Sequence record: PQ308734.1
Length of the DNA: 46,827 bases
From: Klebsiella phage vB_Kp_Z1
Strand: one strand, 5' to 3'
Shown here: one piece after another, positions 8,884-15,895 of the stretch
Layout of the letters: each line of letters starts with the position of its first letter
How positions within the stretch are numbered: the first letter of the stretch is position 1
The notes under the pieces: model-generated
What the model saw: only the letters and a program-made list of their open reading frames with translations
Database searches by the model: none
Told to the model about the DNA's origin: nothing
Made by a program: the position numbers and the translations under genes

Positions 8884-9659
8884 TAACTTATAGCGCCGTT
8901 AGTCAGGAATGGCTAACGTAAACTGTGTGAATTCGGGGGAAGACTAGACCAGTTAATCCCGAGCCAGAAGACACCTACTAATGGAGGTGTTTATGTTGAA
9001 GAAGCTGATTAAAGGTTATGAGAATTATTGTGTTCGTGAAGATGGTGAAGTATTCAATGTTCGAACAGGAAGGCGGTTAATGCCTGATGTAAGTAACAGA
9101 GGGTACTGGAGGATTACAGTTTGCAAAGATAATAAGCCTAAGAAATTCACTATTCATAGGTTAGTTGCTGAACTGTTTATCCCAAATCCTAACGGATATG
9201 ACACTGTTAATCATATTAATGGTGATAAGTCTGATAACTCAATTGATAACCTTGAATGGATGAGTCAAGAGCAGAACCAAGAGCATGCAAAGCTTACTGG
9301 TCTGTGCCCTAAAGGTGAGCTAAACGGTATGAGTAAGTACAGTGAGCAGTTGATACACAGAGTATGTGAGCTGATCCAATCAGGTAAGGTTCGCAATGAG
9401 GTGTTAGCTGCAACAGGTATTACTAAGTCATCATTTGATGACATTCGACGCAGGAAGACTTGGCGGCACGTGAGCCAAGATTACTGCTGGTAATTAACCG
9501 TGTCTTCTGGTGTAACGACTATTCCGTAAGGAAGTACACTCAAGCGAGTGGAAGCGCACAGCACCCAGAACGGGTGATGATATAGTCTGGTCTGCATGGG
9601 GACATGCAGCAGTTCATAAGAGAACGGGGTGCAACTAGCGACTGCACTCGAACACAACG
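8884..9659 (+). other. Group I intron (776 nt) interrupting the primase-helicase gene inside its Walker A motif
   Basis: P1 is formed by exon GGCGU (8879-8883) and the internal guide GCGCC (8893-8897), with a U-G wobble at the splice site. P-like GAATTCGGGGGAAG and Q-like AATCCCGAGCC precede the ORF. R-like GTGTAACGACTA and S-like GATGATATAGTCT lie 3' of the ORF, followed by a CTGCATG-GGGA-CATGCAG hairpin (GNRA loop). Terminal G 9659 can act as omega-G. The predicted splice restores GAGTGVGKTEITTQHITSL, a good match to the T7 gp4 helicase motif H1. Confidence 0.7.
8993..9493 (+). CDS. Intron-encoded HNH homing endonuclease (NUMOD4-like N-terminus, HNH core, C-terminal HTH)
   Basis: GYENYCVREDGEVFNV matches the NUMOD4 pattern. 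HRLVAELF...VNHINGDKSDNSIDNLEWMSQEQN is an HNH motif. The ATG at 8993 follows GGAGG. The track ORF is 8981-9493. Confidence 0.8.
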   Translation: MLKKLIKGYENYCVREDGEVFNVRTGRRLMPDVSNRGYWRITVCKDNKPKKFTIHRLVAELFIPNPNGYDTVNHINGDKSDNSIDNLEWMSQEQNQEHAKLTGLCPKGELNGMSKYSEQLIHRVCELIQSGKVRNEVLAATGITKSSFDDIRRRKTWRHVSQDYCW

Positions 9660-10488
9660 AGGTAAGACTGAGATTACTACTCAGCATATTACTAGCCTTA
9701 TCAAGCAAGGTAAGCCAGTGGTAGCTATTTACCTTGAGAACAGTCCAGAAGAAGTCCTCAAGATGGTGGCAAGCCAGATGGCTAACAAGGACTTTATGAG
9801 TCCACCACTAGGTGAAGATGATGAGTATGATGCATCGAGGGATTACACCCAAGAGGAGTTAGACGCTACAATAGATGAACTAGTAGCAACTGGATTGCTT
9901 ATCATACCTGACCTTGAAGGTAGCAAGGATGTCAACGTAATCATGGAAGTCCTAGAAGATGCATTAGCATTAGGCTACCAGTATTATGTTATCGACAACC
10001 TGACAGCCTTTGAGCACTACGTAGATGGTAAGGTTCAAGTAGGTGTTGCTGCTATTGACGAGACTATGAAGCGCATAGGTACGTTTAAGGACGAGCATGA
10101 CGTTAACATTATGCTGCTCACTCACTTAAGCAGACCAGAGAAAGGTCGTGACCCCCACGAGCTTGGTGGTGAAGTCTATATCACTGACTTACGTGGTGCA
10201 GGCTCTATCAGCTTTTGGGCTAATGGTGTATGGGGCATCGAGCGTAACACTCAGGCTGAGGCTATTAGCGACAAGTGTACTACACTGCTGCGTAACCTTA
10301 AGTCTCGTGGCGTTGGTCACAAGGTTGGCTCAACAGTTGTGCTCCGCAAGGACATTACTACTGGTGAGTTTGAGTACCTTGAAGGTGTTCATGAGCTGCC
10401 GCAGGTTGGCAGGAAGAAGAAGGAGAGTAAGCGCGATGCGCAAGCTCAACGGTTTATTGAAGATGCAGAAACTGACGGAGAGTTCTGA
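9660..10488 (+). CDS. Primase-helicase, exon 2 (DnaB-family helicase domain with an acidic C-terminal tail ending in Phe)
   Basis: GKTEITTQ completes the Walker A. YYVIDNLTAFEH (H2 / Walker B), IMLLTHLSRPEKG (H3) and LRGAGSISFWANGVWGIERN (H4) follow. The protein ends in ...EDAETDGEF, as in T7 gp4. The track ORF 9604-10488 is in the same frame. Confidence 0.8.
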
Positions 10489-10489
10489 G

Positions 10490-10738
10490 ATGTCTAAGAT
10501 TGAGATTACTGTAGATATATACCCACACAATCACACTGTTGATGGTAATACTATACCTATGACAGTTGTAGATGCATCAGCTGTAGTAGCTAACGAGGTT
10601 ATAGTGGCTCGTAAGGCTTTAATTGATGAAGCAATGGAGTCGCTTGAGGGGATTACAAAAGATGATGTGATTGCAGCAACTAAGCGTGAAGTTCTGCGTG
10701 AGCTGACTGTGAACCTAGTAGCTAACGGAGTGCTGTAA
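10490..10738 (+). CDS. Hypothetical protein (82 aa)
   Basis: ATG 10490 sits 1 nt after the helicase stop. It is in frame with the long track ORF 10148-10738, whose upstream part overlaps the helicase and is judged spurious. Confidence 0.45.
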   Translation: MSKIEITVDIYPHNHTVDGNTIPMTVVDASAVVANEVIVARKALIDEAMESLEGITKDDVIAATKREVLRELTVNLVANGVL

Positions 10739-10935
10739 TGAAGCCAGCAATTCTTACTAATGCTAACGTTGGCCTCAAGATGTCTGACCTTGAGGCTCGT
10801 GCTCGTGCTGGCGACCCTTGGGCGCAGGCTCAGCTGACTAAGCAAGCTATGGGCTTTGCTAATGCCCTGCAAGCTGATGTCCGTGAGGGAGCTGACATGC
10901 AAGACCGCAAGGACTTGCTGCTTATCAATCGCTAA
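10738..10935 (+). CDS. Hypothetical protein (65 aa)
   Basis: ATGA start/stop overlap with the previous gene. A GCCAC-UUCG-GUGGC tetraloop hairpin follows at 10936-10949. Confidence 0.45.
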   Translation: MKPAILTNANVGLKMSDLEARARAGDPWAQAQLTKQAMGFANALQADVREGADMQDRKDLLLINR

Positions 10936-10980
10936 GCCACTTCGGTGGCTTTAGTATAGTGTACTAGACTGGAGTCTATC

Positions 10981-11253
10981 ATGGTTAAAACTACAAGCTG
11001 GCAGGCTTACCAAGAAATCCTGCGTGGTGGTGTAGCTGTTAAGCAAGCTGAGAAGGTCTTGCAAACTATCAACTACTATCCATCTGGTGTAAGCAGGGCA
11101 ACCATTGCTCGTGCTATGGGTATGCCTATCAATGCTGTCTGTGGTCGTGTCAACGAGCTGCTGAAAGCTGAGGTAATCTATGTGTCAGGTACTGGTAAGT
11201 GTCCAGTAACTGGTAGGACTGTTGAGATGCTGAAGGTGGTTGAGTATGACTAA
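10981..11253 (+). CDS. Putative winged-helix DNA-binding protein (90 aa)
   Basis: SRATIARAMGMPINAVCGRVNELL resembles a MarR/winged-HTH recognition segment. A palindromic element lies immediately upstream (10965-10978). Confidence 0.45.
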   Translation: MVKTTSWQAYQEILRGGVAVKQAEKVLQTINYYPSGVSRATIARAMGMPINAVCGRVNELLKAEVIYVSGTGKCPVTGRTVEMLKVVEYD

Positions 11254-11440
11254 GATTATTACACTCAATGTCACTATCCTTGTTGATAGGGATACAGAGG
11301 TTATGGTAACTGGTGACGCTGGCTCAGCTAAGTCTTTTGCTAGAGTGTACAACAGCTACAGTGACACTAACGACGACATTGAGCAAGCTATAGCTGCTGC
11401 ATCAAGAGAAGTTATTAATGAACTAATGCCGGATAACTGA
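11240..11440 (+). CDS. Hypothetical protein (66 aa)
   Basis: Overlaps the previous stop and ends 8 nt before the DNAP start. Confidence 0.45.
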   Translation: MSMTKIITLNVTILVDRDTEVMVTGDAGSAKSFARVYNSYSDTNDDIEQAIAAASREVINELMPDN

Positions 11441-11447
11441 GGTAAAT

Positions 11448-13988
11448 ATGGAACACTTTCCGTCAATGTTTGCCAATAAAGCTGACCGCCCCTCTGGTAA
11501 GGGGCGCTTTCTTGTTGGTGACTTAGAGGGTGTGGGGCTTGTCAGGGCGATTCGTAAGCCGTCTGACATTCATGTCATCACCCTGCAAGATTACTTTAGC
11601 GGTGACTACTGGATTTTCTTCGATCCTATTGAGAAGCGAATCAACCCTAGCGAGCTGCAAATGGAAGGGGAGCAGGATGGCTACATTGAGGATGGTGTTC
11701 GTATGCTCATGGAGTCAGAAGCTTTCTGCTTCCAGAACGGGGTAGGCTTTGACTTGCATGTGTTTGAGAAATGCTTCCCGTGGTTCAGGTATAACTACTG
11801 TGAGTCACGAGCAGCTCGCCCACATGCTGACATCTTCCCGTTTAAGTTTATGGATACCATGCTGGTTAGCCAGCTGACTTATCCAGACCGCCCATTGCCA
11901 CCACAAGCTTACGCCATCGGCGCAGGTAATACTGGGCCGCATAGTATTGCAGCTCATGGTATCCGCATGGGTCGCTACAAGCCTGACCATGAAGACTGGT
12001 CTACTCTTACTGATGCAATGATTCACCGTAACGTGGAAGACGTTGCTATTGGTACTGATATGCTTAAGTGGCTCATGGAAGGTGATTGGGCTGAGCAGAA
12101 AGCTCGTGGCCTTAATAAGACCACTGGCTGTGGCATCGAGACTGCTTATCAGATGGAGCAGCAAGTGGCTCTCATGATTAGCCGTCAGGAGCAGCGGGGG
12201 TTCCGCTTTGATATGGCTCAGGCTTACAAAGACTACTGCGCCATTGACAAGGAGATGGAAGATACAGCAGCTGCTGTTGACCCACTCATACCACTGAGGC
12301 TTGTCACTAAGCCTTACAAGTTTGCTGACCTTAAGTCAAGGTATGATGCAGCTGTCAAGGCTGGGTTCACTGAGGCAGAGCTTAAGCCTGTCTTTAATGG
12401 CATCAATCAGACCATGAAAGCTATGGGTGATGAAGCTCGCATGGGTGACAAGGCTACTATGTGGTCTTTGACAACCAAGAACGGTGACTACAGCAAGCGT
12501 TTGCAAGGTTACTTCCCTGAGATGCGTGGCAACATAAATGACACGCATGACCCTCTTGTAGCTGGTGCATTCACTCCAATTAGCTTTGAGCATATTGGCT
12601 TGGGTAATCTTGACTACATTAAAGAGAAGGTGCTGTATCCACTTGGCTGGCGTGGTGTTAACTTGTCTGACTCTGAGCAAGAGTGGTATGACGAGCATGG
12701 CACAACACGTTATCCGTGGGCTGGTAAGATTGATGATGACTCGCTTGAGCTATGGAAGAAGAAACAGGAAGTACCAGAGTGGGCGCAGCAGGTTGTTAAC
12801 TACTACATCCTACGCTCGCGCCGCTCAGTTATCCTGAACCGAGGCGACCTTGACCACTTCCTTGAGAAAGGTCAGTGGCCTAAGCAGAAGAATGGGCGTC
12901 ATGAATGTCGTGGCTTGCTGGCAGTAGCTTACTGCAAAGAGTATGACATGACGGCTATGGAATACTTTGCTAAGTTCCGTGAGTGGCCTACATCTGAGGA
13001 TGAGGACTGGCGTGTACCAGCAGCAGCTTTCAGCATAGGAACCAATACCTTCCGTATGCGTCATCGCTTTGTGGTTAACATACCTGCTCGTGGGTTGTGG
13101 CCTCTGCGTCACCTGTTCATTGCATCTAAGGGTAAACTTATCTTAGGCTGTGATGGGGCTGGCCTTGAGCTACGTATGCTCAGTCACTTTATGAATGACC
13201 CTGAGTATCAAGACATCATACTTACAGGTGACATCCACACACATAACCAGCTTAAAGCAGGCCTACCTACAAGGGACATGGCGAAAACTTTCATATACGC
13301 CTTTCTCTACGGGTCAGGTATTGATGGGCTTGCCCGACTTGCTGGCATTAGCTTTAGTGAGATGGAGCAGTGTATTGCTCGCTTCAAAGCAGAGCTGCCT
13401 GCACTTGCTAAGCTCATTGAGCGTGTAGAAACTGCTGGTCGTAAGTTTGGCTACCTACAAGCTATTGATGGTCGCTGGGGCCGTATTCGCCGTAAGAATG
13501 GCAAGCCACTGCTGCACACTGCACTTAACGTATTGCTTCAGATGACTGGCTCTCTGGTTATGAAGTATGGTGAGTGCATCGCTGAGACTCAGATGATTGA
13601 GGAAGGGGTTGCATTAGATGATAAAGGCTATCCAGCTTTCGTGGCTAACGTACACGATGAAGTACAGATGGAAGTCCCTGAAGATGAAGTTGATGTTATG
13701 GACTACACGTTGCCATATACACTTGATGGATTCGAGAATGAGAAGAAAGCTATCAAAGCGGTCTTTGATGTTGAGGAGAAGCGAGCACACACTGATGACA
13801 GTGGGCGTAAGTGGTCAGCAGCTATCAAGGTTTCTGCTGCTGATGGTACTATCCATTGTCGCAGGTACTATCATCGAGCTGGTAACATCCTTATGGATGC
13901 TTTCGAAGCTGCTGGTGTTAAGTTCAACATGAGATGCCCACTTGCTGGTGAATATAAGATAGGCCGTAACTGGCATGATACTCACTAG
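11448..13988 (+). CDS. Family A DNA polymerase (846 aa, SP6-size) with a 3'-5' exonuclease domain
   Basis: Exo I FLVGDLEGVG; motif A LGCDGAGLELRML; motif B RDMAKTFIYAFLYGSG; motif C VANVHDEVQMEV. The ORF is continuous with no intron. Confidence 0.95.
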   Translation: MEHFPSMFANKADRPSGKGRFLVGDLEGVGLVRAIRKPSDIHVITLQDYFSGDYWIFFDPIEKRINPSELQMEGEQDGYIEDGVRMLMESEAFCFQNGVGFDLHVFEKCFPWFRYNYCESRAARPHADIFPFKFMDTMLVSQLTYPDRPLPPQAYAIGAGNTGPHSIAAHGIRMGRYKPDHEDWSTLTDAMIHRNVEDVAIGTDMLKWLMEGDWAEQKARGLNKTTGCGIETAYQMEQQVALMISRQEQRGFRFDMAQAYKDYCAIDKEMEDTAAAVDPLIPLRLVTKPYKFADLKSRYDAAVKAGFTEAELKPVFNGINQTMKAMGDEARMGDKATMWSLTTKNGDYSKRLQGYFPEMRGNINDTHDPLVAGAFTPISFEHIGLGNLDYIKEKVLYPLGWRGVNLSDSEQEWYDEHGTTRYPWAGKIDDDSLELWKKKQEVPEWAQQVVNYYILRSRRSVILNRGDLDHFLEKGQWPKQKNGRHECRGLLAVAYCKEYDMTAMEYFAKFREWPTSEDEDWRVPAAAFSIGTNTFRMRHRFVVNIPARGLWPLRHLFIASKGKLILGCDGAGLELRMLSHFMNDPEYQDIILTGDIHTHNQLKAGLPTRDMAKTFIYAFLYGSGIDGLARLAGISFSEMEQCIARFKAELPALAKLIERVETAGRKFGYLQAIDGRWGRIRRKNGKPLLHTALNVLLQMTGSLVMKYGECIAETQMIEEGVALDDKGYPAFVANVHDEVQMEVPEDEVDVMDYTLPYTLDGFENEKKAIKAVFDVEEKRAHTDDSGRKWSAAIKVSAADGTIHCRRYYHRAGNILMDAFEAAGVKFNMRCPLAGEYKIGRNWHDTH

Positions 13989-13989
13989 T

Positions 13990-14012
13990 ATTAAGCACTA
14001 CAATAGGTATAA
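13990..14012 (+). promoter_or_regulatory. Phage RNAP promoter (ATTAAGCACTACAATAGGTATAA)
   Basis: 19 of 23 positions match the consensus, and it lies 25 nt upstream of gene 14037. Confidence 0.6.
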
Positions 14013-14036
14013 CAAACTAACGTTAGGAGAAACACA

Positions 14037-14801
14037 ATGTCTTTAGAAGGTTTTGATTTTGGCGCAGAGCTAGCAGAAGCGTCAGGTGTCAAACGAGTAA
14101 ACCCTGAAGTTGGCTTGCACTTTGCTCGCTTGCGTAGTGTGATTCACTTAGGCTCAATTGCTGCTATGTATCGTGGCAAGCCAAAGCCACCAGTTAACAA
14201 GGCTGCTTTCATCTTCGAACTTAAGGGCGACCTTGATGAGGTTGATGACCTGCACCCTGACAATGGTGAACCGCTGAGCATCGGCATCGGTGTAAACCTG
14301 ACCAAAGGTGACAACGCCAAGCTAACAGAAGTTATGGCAGCTCTCATCTCTAAGAAGGAGATGGAGGAAGGTACTGTCAAAGGTATGGATGACCTGATTG
14401 GTCGTGTATGCCAGCTTGACCTGAAGGGTAGCGATGCCAAGGGTGATGACGGTAAGCCTAAGTACGTTGACATCAAATCACTCAGCCCTGTGGCTAAGGC
14501 ATTCGCCGCACAGATTCCTGAGCTGTCAGTAGCTGGCGTAGGCCACTGCCGCCTGTCTCAGCTGACTATGGCTGCGATGGATGAGCTGAACGTATTCCTT
14601 GACGTCCAAGAGGGCATCATGAAATCTGAGGAGTGGAAAGCAGGAACGCACCCAGCAATCGCTCTGGTCGAGGAAATCCGCAAGGAGCGTCCTAACTATG
14701 CCAAGGCTGAGAAGAAGGCTGACAAAGGCGCTGACGAGCCACAGGGCGAGCAGGAGCCGTCTAAGCCAGTTGAGCAGATGAACACCGATGAGGAGTTCTG
14801 A
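14037..14801 (+). CDS. Putative ssDNA-binding protein (gp2.5-like; 254 aa, acidic C-terminus ending ...NTDEEF)
   Basis: A dedicated promoter, the size, and an acidic C-terminal tail ending in Phe are all typical of T7 gp2.5-class SSBs. Homology is not verified. Confidence 0.5.
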   Translation: MSLEGFDFGAELAEASGVKRVNPEVGLHFARLRSVIHLGSIAAMYRGKPKPPVNKAAFIFELKGDLDEVDDLHPDNGEPLSIGIGVNLTKGDNAKLTEVMAALISKKEMEEGTVKGMDDLIGRVCQLDLKGSDAKGDDGKPKYVDIKSLSPVAKAFAAQIPELSVAGVGHCRLSQLTMAAMDELNVFLDVQEGIMKSEEWKAGTHPAIALVEEIRKERPNYAKAEKKADKGADEPQGEQEPSKPVEQMNTDEEF

Positions 14802-14822
14802 GTCTAGTACACCAGACTGAAG

Positions 14823-14844
14823 CCGTACTAGTTAGCTAGTACGG
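14823..14844. promoter_or_regulatory. CCGTACTAG-TTAG-CTAGTACGG palindrome (type B member of the CTAGTAC hairpin family)
   Basis: 9-bp arms. Type B copies also occur at 473-490 (GTACTAG-CCAG-CTAGTAC), 7088-7105 (GTACTAG-TTGG-CTAGTAC) and 6923-6942 (TGTACTA-GTTTGA-TAGTACA). Confidence 0.5.
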
Positions 14845-14845
14845 T

Positions 14846-14868
14846 ATTAGGCACTACAATAGGAATAG
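14846..14868 (+). promoter_or_regulatory. Phage RNAP promoter (ATTAGGCACTACAATAGGAATAG)
   Basis: 21 of 23 positions match. The predicted +1 G is at 14862, and the transcript begins GGAAUAGCUGAG, reading straight into the tRNA-like element. Confidence 0.65.
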
Positions 14869-14946
14869 CTGAGTAGACTCAATTGGTAGAGCGGTACACC
14901 AGAAATGGCAGTATCGGTTGCTGGTTCAAGTCCAGCCTCAGCGACC
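14867..14946 (+). ncRNA. tRNA-like element lacking a canonical anticodon arm (tRNA pseudogene or structured decoy RNA)
   Basis: 6-bp acceptor stem GCUGAG/CUCAGC. U8-A9. A D-arm with conserved A14, A15, G18, G19 and A21 (ACUC-AAUUGGUA-GAGC). A perfect T-arm GCUGG-UUCAAGU-CCAGC, discriminator A, and CC. In the anticodon position there is a GGUAC-[A-CCA-GAAA-UGG-CA]-GUAUC hairpin with a GNRA tetraloop. I found no 5-bp stem with a 7-nt loop by hand. Confidence 0.35.
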
Positions 14947-14947
14947 T

Positions 14948-14970
14948 ATTAAGCACTACAATAGATATAG
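14948..14970 (+). promoter_or_regulatory. Phage RNAP promoter (ATTAAGCACTACAATAGATATAG)
   Basis: 19 of 23 positions match. It lies 38 nt upstream of gene 15008. Confidence 0.6.
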
Positions 14971-15007
14971 TGAATATCTCTTTCAAACTTTATGAGGAAT
15001 TAATATT

Positions 15008-15367
15008 ATGGCATTTGTAATCAAATCTGATGTATCCCGTCGTATCGTAGCTGGCGCTTTCAAAGAGTCTGAGTTCTTCTATGTAGCTGATGAAGCTACT
15101 GGTGAGCTGATTGGTAAGAAACCTCACGACACTCGTGAAGAAGCTGAGCTGGAGCTGGCTGGTCTGGCAGGTCTGGAAGCTGGTCTGGAGTTCGCTAAGG
15201 CTCAGTTCCCTAAACTGTCTACTAAAGCTCAGGTTGGTAAAGCCAACGTAATCTCCGAGTATCTGGCTTGGGAAGCAGCTGGTAAGCCAGTTAAGTCTGT
15301 TGAAGAAGCAGACGCTGAAGAAGTACAGGAAGCTCCAGAAGCTGCCGCAGAAGACGAAACCTTCTAA
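15008..15367 (+). CDS. Highly expressed small acidic protein (119 aa) with a C-terminal ...AEDETF tail; function unknown
   Basis: It has its own promoter and terminator. An AT-rich leader with GAGGAAT precedes the ATG. Codon choice resembles the capsid gene. The C-terminus is an acidic stretch ending in Phe, like the helicase and the SSB. Confidence 0.7.
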   Translation: MAFVIKSDVSRRIVAGAFKESEFFYVADEATGELIGKKPHDTREEAELELAGLAGLEAGLEFAKAQFPKLSTKAQVGKANVISEYLAWEAAGKPVKSVEEADAEEVQEAPEAAAEDETF

Positions 15368-15373
15368 TAAACT

Positions 15374-15410
15374 GCCCCATTGGTCAATCGACCTTTGGGG
15401 CTTATTTTTG
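15374..15410 (+). terminator. Rho-independent terminator
   Basis: GCCCCA-TT-GGTC-AATC-GACC-TT-TGGGGC hairpin, then TTATTTTTG. The 3' half is almost identical to the post-capsid terminator (GGGGCTTATTTTTGTT-GGAGG). Confidence 0.65.
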
Positions 15411-15421
15411 TTGGAGGGTTT

Positions 15422-15895
15422 ATGTTTAATACTCTATTCTATATAGACGAATCAAGCCCAAGTGGTCTTAAGTGGAAATGCAACAGAGGTAATCAGAAAT
15501 TTAAGGATAAGCCAGCAGGCACTTTGAATAATAGAGGCTACTGGGTTGTTGAGGTAAATCATAAAGGTCTAGTAGTTCATAGGATTATAGCGATACTTAA
15601 CAATTTGTTAGATGATTACTATTGTGATTTAGAGGTAGATCATATTAACAGAGATAGGTCGGATAACAGGTTATCTAACTTAAGGGTTGTTACTAGGAGA
15701 ATAAACCTTACTAACAAGGGTATATACAAGAATAATAAATCTGGTGTAGCTGGTGTCTATTGGTGTAAGGGTAGACCTAAGTTATCTGTTATAATTAGCT
15801 ACAATGGCAAGAAGTATCACTTAGGATACTTTGACACATTACTAGATGCTGTATCAGCGAGGTTAGGTAAGCTTAATGAACTTAAACGAATTTGA
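15422..15895 (+). CDS. Free-standing HNH endonuclease with a C-terminal AP2-type DNA-binding domain (157 aa from ATG 15422)
   Basis: GYWVVEV...HRIIA...LEVDHINRDRSDNRLSNL is an HNH motif. NKSGVAGVYWCKGRPKLSVIISYNGKKYHLGYFDTLLDAVSA looks like an AP2 domain. GGAGGG precedes the ATG. The track ORF 15380-15895 begins with a TTG inside the terminator. Confidence 0.8.
   Translation: MFNTLFYIDESSPSGLKWKCNRGNQKFKDKPAGTLNNRGYWVVEVNHKGLVVHRIIAILNNLLDDYYCDLEVDHINRDRSDNRLSNLRVVTRRINLTNKGIYKNNKSGVAGVYWCKGRPKLSVIISYNGKKYHLGYFDTLLDAVSARLGKLNELKRI

Noticed and set aside
8884-9659. The intervening sequences in the primase-helicase and terminase genes as inteins, or as simple gene fission with an inserted free-standing endonuclease
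   Set aside because: The intervening ORFs are in different frames from the host genes and are flanked by stop codons, so they are not in-frame intein insertions. Both insertions carry matching group I core elements (P, Q, R, S and a P9 GNRA hairpin) and P1 guide pairings with U-G wobbles exactly at the frame-restoring junctions. This favours introns over independent gene fission, although splicing remains unproven.
10148-10738. 196-aa + strand ORF overlapping the 3' half of the helicase gene
   Set aside because: Its upstream two-thirds is an out-of-frame overlap with the helicase, with L/R/S-rich translation. Only the part from ATG 10490 (82 aa) is retained as a gene.
12565-13932. Internal + strand ORFs inside the DNA polymerase gene (12565-12837, 13195-13428, 13618-13932) and inside the RNAP gene (5465-5665)
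   Set aside because: These are out-of-frame overlaps with strongly supported large genes. Their compositions are C/L/S/R-rich and typical of off-frame translation.
14867-14946. Calling the tRNA-like element a genuine, decodable tRNA gene
   Set aside because: No canonical anticodon stem-loop (5-bp stem with a 7-nt loop) can be drawn between the D and T arms. The 1-72 position is an A-G mismatch and the D-stem has one bulge and one mismatch. It is kept only as a tRNA-like ncRNA or pseudogene, pending tRNAscan-SE.
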